DNA from: an uncultured Bacilli bacterium
GTDB lineage: Bacteria; Bacillota_I; Bacilli_A; RF39; UBA660
NCBI GenBank assembly: GCA_934162265.1
Contig: CAKPHZ010000004.1
Coordinates: 1-63,418, forward strand
Length of the DNA: 63,418 nucleotides
Direction of reading: 5' to 3'
Shown here: positions 39,052 through 49,093 of the stretch, one piece after another
Layout of the letters: each line of letters begins with the position of its first letter
Numbering within the stretch: the stretch's first letter is position 1
The notes under the pieces: model-generated
The model's database searches: none
What the model saw: the letters and a program-made list of their open reading frames with translations, nothing else
Told to the model about the DNA's origin: nothing
Program-made: the position numbers and the translations under genes

Positions 39052-42000
39052 TAGAACTCACCTCCTATTTTTTCATCTAAATTATTTTCGAAATCTTCAT
39101 CAAAGTCTGTTTCAACTTCTTCTAATTCTTCGTAATCTTCATCCTCATTATTCTCTTCTTCATCAAAACTTTCCTCTTCATCTTCTACATCTTCGAACTC
39201 ATCTTCTAGAGAATCTTCTGATTCAAGTTCATTTTCTATTGAAGGGGTATTTTTATTGTCCTTTACTTCTTCAATGGAAGGTGTATCATCCTCTTCTTCA
39301 TCATCAGTCATTTCTAATTCTTTAAATCCTACAACTTCATCGTTGTTATCAATAACAGAAATATTTAATCCTAATGCTTGGAATTCTTTAATTAATACTC
39401 TAAATGCTTCTGGAATTCCTGGATTTGGTAGTGGTGTTCCTTTTACGATAGATTCATACACTTTGACACGACCAACCACATCATCTGACTTATAAGTTAA
39501 GATTTCTTGTAATACATGAGATGCTCCATATGCTTCTAGAGCCCAGATTTCCATTTCTCCAAAACGTTGTCCACCGAATTGTGCTTTACCACCTAATGGT
39601 TGTTGTGTTACTAATGAGTAAGGTCCTGTTGATCTTGCATGTAATTTATCATCAACCATGTGATGTAGTTTTACGAAATACATGACACCTACACTGATTC
39701 TATGATCAAATGGTTCTCCTGTTCTACCATCATATAAAACAGTTTTTCCATCTTCATCCATGCCAGCTTCTTTCATCATAGCTTTTACGTCTTCTGTACT
39801 AGCACCATCTAATACTGGAGTTGCTACATGAACACCTAATTTTTTACAAGCCATTCCCATATGTAGTTCAAGAATTTGTCCAATATTCATACGAGATGGA
39901 ACACCTTGTGGGTTTAACATGATGTCAATTGGCGTACCGTCTGGTAAGTAAGGCATATCTTCTGATGGTAGGATTAGGGAAATAACACCTTTATTTCCAT
40001 GTCGTCCAGACATTTTATCTCCAACTTGAATTTTACGTTTTTGAATAATATATACTCTAACTACTTTACTTACACCACTTGGTAAGTCTTCGTTATCTTC
40101 TTTTGTATAAACTTTAACGTCATGAACAATTCCTTCTCCACCATGTGGAACAGTAAGAGATGAATTTCTTACTTCTCTAGTCTTTTCTCCAAAGATAGCG
40201 TGCAATAATTTTTCTTCACTTGTTAAATCAGCCATTCCTTTAGGGGTTACTTTACCTACTAGAATATCTCCTTCTTTTACTTCTGTACCAATTTTAATGA
40301 TACCATTTTCATCAAGATTTTTTCTAGCATCTTCACTTACGTTTGGAATATCTCTAGTAATTTCTTCAGGTCCTAATTTTGTATCACGACATTGAGTTTC
40401 ATAATCTTCAATATGTAATGATGTATAAACATCTTCTTTGACTAATCTTTCATTCATGATAACGGCATCTTCAAAGTTATATCCATTGAATGTCATGAAT
40501 GCGATTGTCATATTTTTACCTAAGGCAAGTTCACCTTTATCTGTACTTGGTCCATCTGCGATGATTTGACCACGTCTAATTTTATCACCTTTTCTTACGA
40601 TTGGACGATGATTTGCGGTTTCACCTTGGTTAGAGCGCTCAAAAGTAGATAATTCATAAGTATCTGTTCCTTTAGCATTTTTAACAATAATTTTCTTGGC
40701 ATCAACATAATCTACAATACCATCAGCTTTAGAAACAACTACAGCACCACTATCACGAGCTGCTACATATTCTACACCAGTTCCAACATATGGGGCCTCT
40801 GTTGTTAATAATGGTAATGCCTGACGTTGCATGTTTGCTCCCATTAAAGCACGTGTTGCGTCATCATGCTCTAGGAATGGAATCAAACTTGTTGTAACCG
40901 ATACAACTTGTTGTGGTGATACATCAATATAGTCTACTTGTTCTGCTGGAATGATTACATTCTCGCCGTTAAATCTACCAGCAACGGTTGCGTCAGTAAT
41001 TTCCATATCATCGTTTACATTTACAGTTGCTTGAGAAATATAGAAATCTTGTTCCTCGTTTGCTGTTAAGTATTCTACTTTATCGGTTAATTTTTTGTTT
41101 TCTACTTTACGATATGGTGTTTGAATAAATCCATATTTATCAATCTTGGCATAACTTGCTAATGAAGTAATCAAACCAATGTTTTGTCCTTCTGGAGACT
41201 CGATTGGACAAATTCTACCATAGTGAGATGGGTTAACATCACGAACTTCCATACCAGCACGATCTCTTGATAATCCACCTGGTCCTAATGCTGATAATCT
41301 TCTCTTATGTGTTAATTCAGCGATTGGATTAACCTGATCCATAAATTGTGATAATTGGCTGGAACCAAAAAATTCTTTGATTACTGCAGTAACTGGTCTG
41401 ATATTAATTAATGTTTTAGGGGTTACTGTTTCAATGTCTTGAGTAGTCATTCTTTCTCTTACTACTCTTTCCATTCTAGATAATCCAATCTTTAATTGGT
41501 TTTGCAATAATTCTCCTACTTGTCTTACACGTCTATTTCCTAAATGGTCAATTTCATCATCATGTCCTACACCATCTAATAAATTTAAGTAGTAAGAAAT
41601 TGATGCATATACATCTGAAATCGTTAAAGTTCTTGTATCAAGTGTTTGATCATTACCCATCAATTTTACTTTTTTATCTGGGAATTTTTCAGGATGAACA
41701 TATAATACTTGAACAATATTGTGATTATCTAATTCTTCGTTTACTTTAACTTCTTCTCTACCATAGCCATTTTTTAAAATTTCTTGTAATTTAGAATAAA
41801 CTTCTTTTGTGATTTTTGTTCCTTCGGTAAATATTGTTTCTCCATCTACAATAATATCTTGAGCTAAAGTATTGTTAAGTAATCTATCTGTAATATTTAA
41901 TCTTTTATTAAATTTATAACGACCAACTTTTGCTAAGTCGTAACGGAAATTATCAAAAAATCTTGTAATTAATTGGTTTTTTGATGAATCAAGTGTTGTT

Positions 42001-42734
42001 GGTTCTCCTGGTCTTAATTTTTCATAAATTTCAATTAAGGCTTCATCTGTATTTTTAGTTGTATCTTTTTCAATTGTATTTTTTAAATAAGCATTGTTAT
42101 CAAATACAGATAAAATTTCTTCATCACTAGAAAGTCCAAATGCTCTTAAAAGAGTAGTTACTGGTACTTTTCTAGTTCTATCAATTCTAACATAGATGAC
42201 ATCTTTAGCATCTGTTTCATATTCTAGCCAAGTTCCTCTTGTTGGAATAACTTTTGCTGCATATACAGGTTTTCCATTTTTATCAATTTCTTTTGAGTAA
42301 TATACACTTGGTGAACGTACTAGTTGGGATACGATTACTCTTTCAGCTCCATTGATAATGAATGTACCACTATCTGTCATCAAAGGCATATCACCTAAGA
42401 ATATTTCTTGTTCTTTTACTTCACCTGTTTCATTGTTAAATAATCTAGTTTGTACTTTTAAAGGTGATGCGTAAGTAATTTGTCTGTCTTTGCATTCTTT
42501 TAAAGAATATCTTGGCGTATCAAATTCATAATCGCCAAATTCTAATGATAGACTTCCCGAAAAACTTTCGATTGGAAATAAATCTTCGAATACTTCTTTG
42601 ATTCCTTCTTTTGCAAACCATTGATATGATTCTTTTTGAATTTGTAGTAAATTATCAAGTTCTAATGAATTTTTGATCATAGAGAAATTTCTTCTTTGTC
42701 TATAATCACCACTTTGCTTTAATTTATAAGCCAT
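39051..42734 (-). CDS. rpoB: DNA-directed RNA polymerase subunit beta, with an 86-aa acidic C-terminal extension
   Basis: Conserved blocks throughout, e.g. [15 protein letters not shown] and [19 protein letters not shown]. The tail begins at MTDDEEEDD. Confidence 0.97.
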   Translation of the reverse strand: MAYKLKQSGDYRQRRNFSMIKNSLELDNLLQIQKESYQWFAKEGIKEVFEDLFPIESFSGSLSLEFGDYEFDTPRYSLKECKDRQITYASPLKVQTRLFNNETGEVKEQEIFLGDMPLMTDSGTFIINGAERVIVSQLVRSPSVYYSKEIDKNGKPVYAAKVIPTRGTWLEYETDAKDVIYVRIDRTRKVPVTTLLRAFGLSSDEEILSVFDNNAYLKNTIEKDTTKNTDEALIEIYEKLRPGEPTTLDSSKNQLITRFFDNFRYDLAKVGRYKFNKRLNITDRLLNNTLAQDIIVDGETIFTEGTKITKEVYSKLQEILKNGYGREEVKVNEELDNHNIVQVLYVHPEKFPDKKVKLMGNDQTLDTRTLTISDVYASISYYLNLLDGVGHDDEIDHLGNRRVRQVGELLQNQLKIGLSRMERVVRERMTTQDIETVTPKTLINIRPVTAVIKEFFGSSQLSQFMDQVNPIAELTHKRRLSALGPGGLSRDRAGMEVRDVNPSHYGRICPIESPEGQNIGLITSLASYAKIDKYGFIQTPYRKVENKKLTDKVEYLTANEEQDFYISQATVNVNDDMEITDATVAGRFNGENVIIPAEQVDYIDVSPQQVVSVTTSLIPFLEHDDATRALMGANMQRQALPLLTTEAPYVGTGVEYVAARDSGAVVVSKADGIVDYVDAKKIIVKNAKGTDTYELSTFERSNQGETANHRPIVRKGDKIRRGQIIADGPSTDKGELALGKNMTIAFMTFNGYNFEDAVIMNERLVKEDVYTSLHIEDYETQCRDTKLGPEEITRDIPNVSEDARKNLDENGIIKIGTEVKEGDILVGKVTPKGMADLTSEEKLLHAIFGEKTREVRNSSLTVPHGGEGIVHDVKVYTKEDNEDLPSGVSKVVRVYIIQKRKIQVGDKMSGRHGNKGVISLILPSEDMPYLPDGTPIDIMLNPQGVPSRMNIGQILELHMGMACKKLGVHVATPVLDGASTEDVKAMMKEAGMDEDGKTVLYDGRTGEPFDHRISVGVMYFVKLHHMVDDKLHARSTGPYSLVTQQPLGGKAQFGGQRFGEMEIWALEAYGASHVLQEILTYKSDDVVGRVKVYESIVKGTPLPNPGIPEAFRVLIKEFQALGLNISVIDNNDEVVGFKELEMTDDEEEDDTPSIEEVKDNKNTPSIENELESEDSLEDEFEDVEDEEESFDEEENNEDEDYEELEEVETDFDEDFENNLDEKIGGEF

Positions 42735-42777
42735 TATTTTTTCACCCCTATGCCTTTATTATTCGCTCTTCCACGTC

Positions 42778-42815
42778 AAAAAAAGATGCGTTTCCAATAT
42801 ATAATGTTAGCATCT
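42778..42815 (-). terminator. terminator-like hairpin/attenuator in the rpoB leader
   Basis: Minus-strand AGATGC-N20-GCATCT followed by T7, about 45 nt upstream of the rpoB start. The stem is short, hence low confidence. Confidence 0.35.
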
Positions 42816-42881
42816 CTCTTGATAAAAGTCAATGGAAAAGTTCACTTTTTCTAAACTTTTCCACTGTTCTGTTGAAAACTT

Positions 42882-43154
42882 TTACTCACCGTTTTTCTCT
42901 ATTCCTTCTCGTAGTAAATTTAAGAATTTCTTTGCTAATTTTTTATTTAATTCTTCATCAATTTCTTCTACGATTGTTTTACTGTTTTCTTCTTTTAACT
43001 CTACTATTTTTATGGCTTCCATGTCTGGTTCTTCTTCTTCATCCACTGGTGCTAATAGACAATACATTTTATTTTCTTCTAGTAACATTTTTAAAACCGT
43101 ATATTCTGTATTATCCTCCAAAGTAATAATATCATATAATTCTATTTTTTTCAT
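42882..43154 (-). CDS. DUF1292-family small acidic protein
   Basis: IITLEDNTEYTVLKMLLEENKMYCLLAPVDEEEEPDMEAIKIVELKEE fits the DUF1292 pattern. Its ATG overlaps the upstream stop (ATGA). Confidence 0.6.
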   Translation of the reverse strand: MKKIELYDIITLEDNTEYTVLKMLLEENKMYCLLAPVDEEEEPDMEAIKIVELKEENSKTIVEEIDEELNKKLAKKFLNLLREGIEKNGE

Positions 43155-45490
43155 CTTGATAATCCTTTCACATTATTTATACTTACATCGTTTATATTAT
43201 ACCATCCTTCAGCATAGGCTTTGATTTCTTCTGGCGTTAACGTTGTACTTCCGTCATAGTTTTGAAGATATTTTTCTTTGTTGGCAGTTAAAATACTTAC
43301 CATTTCTCCACCTTTGTTTAATAATTCATCTATTTTCTGATTGGCATCTGGATTATAGGCATAAATAACATTCATTCCATCATTATTAACAATTCCGGTT
43401 CCGATTACAACCCTTTTAGGCTTTGTTCCATAATATAATGTTTGACCGTTTTCATTGTAATATGCGTCATATTCGTCATCATGAATATTGCCATCTACTG
43501 TTACTTCACTACCAATTCGAATTGAATTTTCATTAAGATTGTTATATTCATTGGCTTCATAAGAAGTATATGTTTCTACATCATCATCAAGATATGTTAA
43601 GTTAGATGAATCATTTTCTGTATATAAATTGGTATCATCATATTCAGATAAACCAATATTATCGTCACTATCATTAATTAAAAATTCCTCATTACTAGTT
43701 GAATAATCATTTAATACATCATTTTTGTCTAACGATGATTGTGTACCTGCAAGATTTATCTCTGAATTTTCATCATTGCTTTCAGCTGCATTAGGATTTG
43801 GGTTAGTGTTTTTTTTGAAAATTGCTGTTCTTTCAGCACATATCAAAACTAGATTCACTGCAACGGAAGATATTTTTGTTATCAATCTTCTAAAAATATT
43901 TTTCTTTGGTTTCCTAACTGATGTTACTTCTTTTTTCTTTTTTGTTTTTTTATCTTGCGTATCTTTTTTATTTTTTTCTTTTGAAGAATCCAAATCATCT
44001 GTTGTTGGTGAAATATCTGAAATTTCACTTGAACTCTTACTTTCTTTTTTTATTGATTCTGTTTTTTTTAAATCTTCTTTATGTATTTTATCAGCTTCTT
44101 GTTGCTGCTGTCTTTCTAAATTTCTTAAGTTACTTTGAAATAATTCATTAAATTGTCTTATTAAATCTTCATCAGTGGTAGACACATTTTTGTTAACAGA
44201 TTGTTTATCATTCGTGCTTAGATTTGCAATTGTTGTATTTAATGCATCATTCAAATCCTTACTAAAACTAGTGATTGGTTTCATAACTGGTTCTGAAGGT
44301 TCAACCTCTGGCTCTACTTCTTCTGAGATATTATTTTTCTCAAAATTATCTTGTAATGGAAGTGGGACACCCCTTGATACCAATAGATCGGCAATTGCTT
44401 CTGCTTCGTTGGCTACTTCGGCAAAATCCTCTGGTAAATTTTTTTCTGTTTCATCTTTGTAATCTTCTAATATTTTTGTTAATTGATTATACCTCATTTG
44501 CAGGTCTTCTGACGATAAATTTTTTAAATTTTCATAGCTCATCGTCGAATCTTGAGTAGGAATACCTTCTATCTCGTTGTTATTATCATTATTGGCATTT
44601 ATAATTGGAGTATTTTCATTAAAATAGTCAATATTCTGAGATTGAATAATTTGGTTATCTAGGTTATTTATAAGACTTTCAGGAAGAAATTTCTTATTTC
44701 TATCAATTTCATTTTGGAGAATAATTCTGTCTCTTGACATTTCTTTACTCTCTTGCTCATCTCTAGCAATAGTAGTATCAATCTCTTGCATTTTTTCTAA
44801 ATTGTTTAAAACAATTTCGTAGCAATTGATAATTTGTGTGTTTTTTAATAATTTTCTTTTTTCTTTTCTAATACAACTTTCTAAAAAATGTAAATTTTTG
44901 ATATATTCTTCTCTAGAAATTGTATCCTTTTCTGACTCCAACATTTGGATTTCTTCTGCTAAATGTTTTAATTCATTTTGACTTACTACTATCTCATTTT
45001 GATAATCCTCTATTTTCTCTGGTGATTTTTCAACTAAATTAGGTTCTTCGGGTAAGTTTTTATTGGAATTTTCTTTGTTATTTTTGGCATTAATAGTATT
45101 TTTAGATATTGCATTCTGTAATTCTTGTGGTAAAATTGTCATATTTTGTTCTATAAGATTTTGTAATCTTTTTCTGTCATTTTCTAATTCATTTTTCTCT
45201 TGTAAACTACTAACTTTTATTTTTTCTAAGTTTTCTAGACTTTCTTGATATATTTTTAACATATCATAAGCTTTTGTAATACGTTCTAAAGTTTCTTTTC
45301 TCTCTAAGAGACGATTTCTATAATTCACTGCTTGATTCTCTTCAATTTTCCACTTTGAATCATATTCATATTTACTTATTTTGTTTTTTTCAATTTCTAA
45401 TTCATTTAATGTGTGATTAATACTTTTTAAGTTTTCTTCTATTTCATTTAATTCTTTTTGGTAAGTCTCCAATATTATTTTTTCTTCCAT
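43151..45490 (-). CDS. 779-aa coiled-coil/low-complexity protein with a tandemly duplicated N-terminal module and a globular C-terminal domain, function unknown
   Basis: Two similar modules of about 150 aa (…YQKELNEIEENLK…DRKRLQNLIEQNMTILPQELQNAISKN and …YQNEIVVSQNELK…DRIILQNEIDRNKKFLPESLINNLDNQ). The middle is K/S/D-rich with one moderately hydrophobic stretch (ISSVAVNLVLICA). The last 130 aa or so look globular. Confidence 0.6.
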   Translation of the reverse strand: MEEKIILETYQKELNEIEENLKSINHTLNELEIEKNKISKYEYDSKWKIEENQAVNYRNRLLERKETLERITKAYDMLKIYQESLENLEKIKVSSLQEKNELENDRKRLQNLIEQNMTILPQELQNAISKNTINAKNNKENSNKNLPEEPNLVEKSPEKIEDYQNEIVVSQNELKHLAEEIQMLESEKDTISREEYIKNLHFLESCIRKEKRKLLKNTQIINCYEIVLNNLEKMQEIDTTIARDEQESKEMSRDRIILQNEIDRNKKFLPESLINNLDNQIIQSQNIDYFNENTPIINANNDNNNEIEGIPTQDSTMSYENLKNLSSEDLQMRYNQLTKILEDYKDETEKNLPEDFAEVANEAEAIADLLVSRGVPLPLQDNFEKNNISEEVEPEVEPSEPVMKPITSFSKDLNDALNTTIANLSTNDKQSVNKNVSTTDEDLIRQFNELFQSNLRNLERQQQQEADKIHKEDLKKTESIKKESKSSSEISDISPTTDDLDSSKEKNKKDTQDKKTKKKKEVTSVRKPKKNIFRRLITKISSVAVNLVLICAERTAIFKKNTNPNPNAAESNDENSEINLAGTQSSLDKNDVLNDYSTSNEEFLINDSDDNIGLSEYDDTNLYTENDSSNLTYLDDDVETYTSYEANEYNNLNENSIRIGSEVTVDGNIHDDEYDAYYNENGQTLYYGTKPKRVVIGTGIVNNDGMNVIYAYNPDANQKIDELLNKGGEMVSILTANKEKYLQNYDGSTTLTPEEIKAYAEGWYNINDVSINNVKGLSR

Positions 45491-45511
45491 AGTGTTTCAC
45501 CTCTTGATAAG

Positions 45512-45540
45512 ATTTTAACATAAAGTTTAATTTTATTCAA
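45512..45540 (-). promoter_or_regulatory. candidate sigma-A promoter for the 779-aa gene/DUF1292/rpoBC unit
   Basis: The minus strand reads TTGAAT-N17-TAAAAT. It lies between the rplL terminator and the AAGAGGTG SD of the 779-aa ORF. Confidence 0.4.
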
Positions 45541-45580
45541 TTATTCTCTTTATGATTTACATTAAGTTTTTTATTTTGTC

Positions 45581-45605
45581 AAAAAAAGAATCGGTGACCC
45601 GATTC
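45581..45605 (-). terminator. intrinsic terminator of rplJ-rplL
   Basis: Minus-strand GAATCGG-GTCA-CCGATTC followed by T7, 15 nt after the rplL stop. Confidence 0.7.
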
Positions 45606-45619
45606 CATTTCATGAATTA

Positions 45620-45988
45620 TTATTGTAATTCTACTGAAGCTCCAGCTTCCTCTAATTGAGCTTTTAATGCGTCTGCTTCTTCTTTTGCTACGCCTTCCTT
45701 AATTGCTCCACCATTGTCAGCGATTTCTTTTGCTTCTTTTAATCCTAAACCAGTTACTTCTTTAATAATTTTGATTACTGGTAATTTGTTTGCTCCTGCT
45801 GCTGTTAATACAACATTAACTTTAGAAGGACCAGTTTCTTCAGCTGCTGCAACTGGTGCTGCTGCTACTGCTACTGCACTTGGATCTACACCAAGTTCCT
45901 CCTTCATTGCGTCTACTAATTCTTTAATTTCAAGAATTGTCATTTCTTTTAATGAACTAATAAATTCATCTCTTGTTAATTTTGCCAT
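45620..45988 (-). CDS. rplL: 50S ribosomal protein L7/L12
   Basis: Ala-rich hinge AVAVAAAPVAAAEE and C-terminal KIIKEVTGLGLKEAKE...EEAGASVELQ. Confidence 0.95.
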   Translation of the reverse strand: MAKLTRDEFISSLKEMTILEIKELVDAMKEELGVDPSAVAVAAAPVAAAEETGPSKVNVVLTAAGANKLPVIKIIKEVTGLGLKEAKEIADNGGAIKEGVAKEEADALKAQLEEAGASVELQ

Positions 45989-46015
45989 TATAAATTCCTC
46001 CTCATATTTTTATTA

Positions 46016-46510
46016 TTAATTTTCTTCTTTTTCTTTTGAATATAAATCTAGACAGATAGATAAGTCTCTTACTGTAGCCATTAATCCACCTGCTAACATT
46101 GTTAATAATCCTTCTCTTGATGGGATTGCAGCATAAGAATTTAACTCTTCTTTATTTGCAACTTTTCCTTCTACTACTCCAGCTTTTAATTCTAAAGCTT
46201 CATGCTTTTTTGCAAATTCACTAATAATTTTTACTGGAGCAAGTTCATCACTAGAGAATGAAATTGCTGTTGGTCCTTCTAGATAATTATCTAATTCTAG
46301 ACCACTATCTGCGATCGCTCTTTTTGCTAAAGTATTTTTATATACTTTATAGTCAGATTCTGATTCTCTTAAACTTCTTCTTAATTCAGTTACTTCTGAT
46401 ACTTTTAATCCACGAGGATCAAATAAAACGATCGATTTTGCATTGGCGAATTTTTCTTTTATTTCGTCAATAACAACTTGCTTTTGTTCTAGGATTTTAG
46501 CATTTGCCAT
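46016..46510 (-). CDS. rplJ: 50S ribosomal protein L10
   Basis: VLFDPRGLKVSEVTELRRSLRE...YKVYKNTLAKRA. It sits upstream of rplL. Confidence 0.93.
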   Translation of the reverse strand: MANAKILEQKQVVIDEIKEKFANAKSIVLFDPRGLKVSEVTELRRSLRESESDYKVYKNTLAKRAIADSGLELDNYLEGPTAISFSSDELAPVKIISEFAKKHEALELKAGVVEGKVANKEELNSYAAIPSREGLLTMLAGGLMATVRDLSICLDLYSKEKEEN

Positions 46511-46686
46511 CTATAACAACTCCTTTCTGTTCTTTATGCCTTAAAAAATCTCTCAGAAACAATATTCCCGAGAGATAAAAAGATTTTTCTACTTTATTCC
46601 TCGGTAAGATTATTAAACACTTTTTGTGTCCTTACTGTCTTGGGCATAAATTTCTGATTACGCGTTATATTATATAATACTTAAAA
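46511..46686 (-). promoter_or_regulatory. putative L10 (rplJ) leader region
   Basis: 176-nt untranslated spacer between rplA and rplJ. It contains hairpins such as minus-strand TCTCTCGGGAATATTGTTTCTGAGAGA. Its position matches the Firmicutes L10 leader, but I did not align it to a covariance model. Confidence 0.4.
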
Positions 46687-47382
46687 TTATTTGTCAACAC
46701 TTGTTAAATCAATTTTTACTCCAGGTCCCATTGTAGATGAGATAGAGATATTTTTAACATAGTTTCCTTTAGCAGTTGATGGTTTTGCTTTAAGTATTAC
46801 TTCGATAAATGCTTTTAAGTTTTCTGCTAATTTTACATCTTCGAAACTAGTTTTTCCGAAAATACCATGAACGTTACCATAACTATCTGTTCTATAGTTT
46901 ACTTTTCCTTTTTTTGTTTCTTCTATTGCTTTTGCTACATCTGTAGTAACTGTACCTGTTTTAGGGTTAGGCATCAATCCTTTAGGTCCTAATAATTTAC
47001 CAATTTTACCTAATTGAGGCATCATTTCTGGAGTGGCAATGATAACATCAAAGTCAAACCAATTTTCTTTAGCAATTTTGTCAATCATGTCTGCATCTCC
47101 TACATAATCTGCTCCAGCAGCAGTAGCAGCTTTAGCTTGGTCTCCTTTTGCTAATACTAAGATTTTCTTTGTTTTACCTGTTCCGTGTGGTAATACAACA
47201 GCGCCTCTTAATTGTTGGTCAGCTTTTTTTACATCTAAGTTTAAGTTCATTGCTACTTCTAAAGTTTCATCAAATTTAGAATTTGATGTTTTCTTTACTA
47301 ATGCAACGGCTTCTTCAATAGAATAACTTTTATTTTTATCAACTTGTTCTAAGTTAGCAACGTATCTCTTGCTCTTTTTCAT
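46687..47382 (-). CDS. rplA: 50S ribosomal protein L1
   Basis: [27 protein letters not shown] and [16 protein letters not shown]. Confidence 0.95.
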   Translation of the reverse strand: MKKSKRYVANLEQVDKNKSYSIEEAVALVKKTSNSKFDETLEVAMNLNLDVKKADQQLRGAVVLPHGTGKTKKILVLAKGDQAKAATAAGADYVGDADMIDKIAKENWFDFDVIIATPEMMPQLGKIGKLLGPKGLMPNPKTGTVTTDVAKAIEETKKGKVNYRTDSYGNVHGIFGKTSFEDVKLAENLKAFIEVILKAKPSTAKGNYVKNISISSTMGPGVKIDLTSVDK

Positions 47383-47455
47383 TTTTTTACCTCCTTTGTG
47401 GTTCGTGCGGACTTTAATCCTTCCACTTAATAGGAATTATCCTATTTAGGAATTA

Positions 47456-47875
47456 TTAATCTTTAATTTCGATTCCCATGTTACGAGCTGTTCCTTCTAC
47501 AATTTTCATTGCAGCTTCAACATCGTAAGCATTTAAATCTGGCATTTTAGTTTCAGCAACTTCTTTTAATTGGTCACGAGTAATTGTTGCAACTGTTTCT
47601 CCTTTAGTTGTTCCTTTTGCAACTTTGGCAACCTTTTTAAGTAAGAATGGTGCTGGTGGAGTTTTTAATACCAAATCAAAACTTCTATCATCATAGATAG
47701 TGATTTCAACTGGTAATACATCTCCCATTTTGTCTTTTGATAAGTCATTAAATTTTGTACAAAACTCTTGTAAGTTAATTCCTGCAGGTCCTAATACTGT
47801 TCCAACTGGTGGAGCAGGTGTAGCACGTCCAGCAGGGATTTGTAATTTAATTTTCTTCGTAATTTCTTTTGCCAC
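47456..47875 (-). CDS. rplK: 50S ribosomal protein L11
   Basis: [28 protein letters not shown] place the start at GTG 47875 (VAKEITKK), 8 nt after AGGAGG. The start given in the track lies within the SD itself. Confidence 0.92.
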   Translation of the reverse strand: MAKEITKKIKLQIPAGRATPAPPVGTVLGPAGINLQEFCTKFNDLSKDKMGDVLPVEITIYDDRSFDLVLKTPPAPFLLKKVAKVAKGTTKGETVATITRDQLKEVAETKMPDLNAYDVEAAMKIVEGTARNMGIEIKD

Positions 47876-48086
47876 GAAAAACACCTCCTAATTAAATTTG
47901 TTATTTTTTCGCGAGTGGTTCAAACGGGTGGAAAAGTTAGATTCGGTAAGTGTCCGCCCTCTTCTTTTTACTTTTCTCTCCTTCCACTTATTAAACCTAA
48001 TACTTGCTGCGGTTATAATCATAACATACTTTTTTTTCATTTTCAACTATTATTTGCTTTTATTTCAGTAAATACATATATCTTTA

Positions 48087-48623
48087 TTAGTCTATACTAG
48101 AAATTTCTGATAAATCTACTTCAACTTTCGTAGCTTGACCAAATAAATCGACATTTACGTTTAACTTTTGGGTTTTCATATCTACACTTTCGATTGTACC
48201 TTCCATATCTTTGAACGGTCCTTCTAAGATACGTACTTTTTTTCCTGGTTCTAATTCTTTAGAAGCATCTATTCTACTTAATCCCATCTTACCTAGAATG
48301 TCATCCACTTCATTCGGTAATAATGGAATTGGTTTTGCTCCCTTTCCTGATGAGCCGATAAATCCAGTTACTCCTTGCGTATTTCTTACGATGTACCACG
48401 CTTCATCTGACATTACCATTTCTACTAAAACGTATCCTGGTAACATCTTTTTTACTTTTTCTTTTCTTACTCCATCTTTTACTTCAACGATTTTTTGTTC
48501 TGGAACAACGACACGATAAATATTTTTGTGAAGTTCCATAGAGTTAATCATCATTTCTAATTTTTCTTTTACTTTATATTCGTAACCTGTTACTGTTGTT
48601 ACTACATACCATTCTTTTTTCAT
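48087..48623 (-). CDS. nusG: transcription termination/antitermination factor NusG
   Basis: KEWYVVTTVTGYEYKVKEKLE (NGN domain) and the KOW motif GKKVRILEGPFKDMEGTIESVD. Confidence 0.93.
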   Translation of the reverse strand: MKKEWYVVTTVTGYEYKVKEKLEMMINSMELHKNIYRVVVPEQKIVEVKDGVRKEKVKKMLPGYVLVEMVMSDEAWYIVRNTQGVTGFIGSSGKGAKPIPLLPNEVDDILGKMGLSRIDASKELEPGKKVRILEGPFKDMEGTIESVDMKTQKLNVNVDLFGQATKVEVDLSEISSID

Positions 48624-48814
48624 TATGCCTTCACACTCCTTAATAGGGATACTAATAGGTCAATTACATAGAAATATGCACCTAGTGCTACCATAAAACT
48701 TACTGTTGTCAAAGAGTACTTTACTAAGTCCTTGCCGTTTGTCCACCGAATACGACTGATTTCTTTTTTTACTCCTTTGAAATAATTTTTGATTCCATTG
48801 ATTATTTTTTTCAT
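48623..48814 (-). CDS. secE: preprotein translocase subunit SecE
   Basis: KEISRIRWTNGKDLVKYSLTTVSFMVALGAYFYVIDLLV is a single TM segment. It sits upstream of nusG. AAGGAGG lies 6 nt before ATG 48814. Confidence 0.8.
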   Translation of the reverse strand: MKKIINGIKNYFKGVKKEISRIRWTNGKDLVKYSLTTVSFMVALGAYFYVIDLLVSLLRSVKA

Positions 48815-48871
48815 CAAAATCCTCCTTAATCTTGCATTTGACTAAAATAAAAACACCTTCGTGTTGGTATA

Positions 48872-48900
48872 AATATAGCACTAGTAAGTATTTTTGTCAA
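48872..48900 (-). promoter_or_regulatory. sigma-A promoter for secE-nusG
   Basis: The minus strand reads TTGACA-N17-TATATT, about 55 nt upstream of the secE start. Confidence 0.5.
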
Positions 48901-49093
48901 TTCTATCCTTATATTTTATTAAAAAATACTTCATTATCTTTTTCCTATTATATATGGAGATATTTAATTTAGGTATTTTTCTCTTCTTTATTGGTAATAA
49001 TAATACCGATATAGGTAATATTTAATTCATATTATTTTTTGAAATGAAAAGTATGTTTATAATATTTTTATTGTTGTTTTAGGAGTTGATGAT

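Noticed and set aside
35507-39325. Plus-strand ORFs of 61-110 aa inside rpoC and the rpoB tail (35507..35692, 35738..36067, 36071..36331, 36854..37075, 38387..38578, 38993..39325, 39256..39495)
   Set aside because: They are antisense to strongly conserved rpoC/rpoB coding sequence. Their products are low-complexity, and none has an SD. They are typical shadow ORFs.
42832-43224. Plus-strand ORFs 42832..43224 and 42872..43126
   Set aside because: They are antisense to the DUF1292 gene and to the end of the 779-aa gene, and their translations are S/F/L-rich and low-complexity.
48660-48881. 73-aa minus-strand ORF overlapping secE in another frame
   Set aside because: The secE frame gives the conserved single-TM SecE sequence with a good SD. 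The alternative frame has no SD and would include the mapped promoter.
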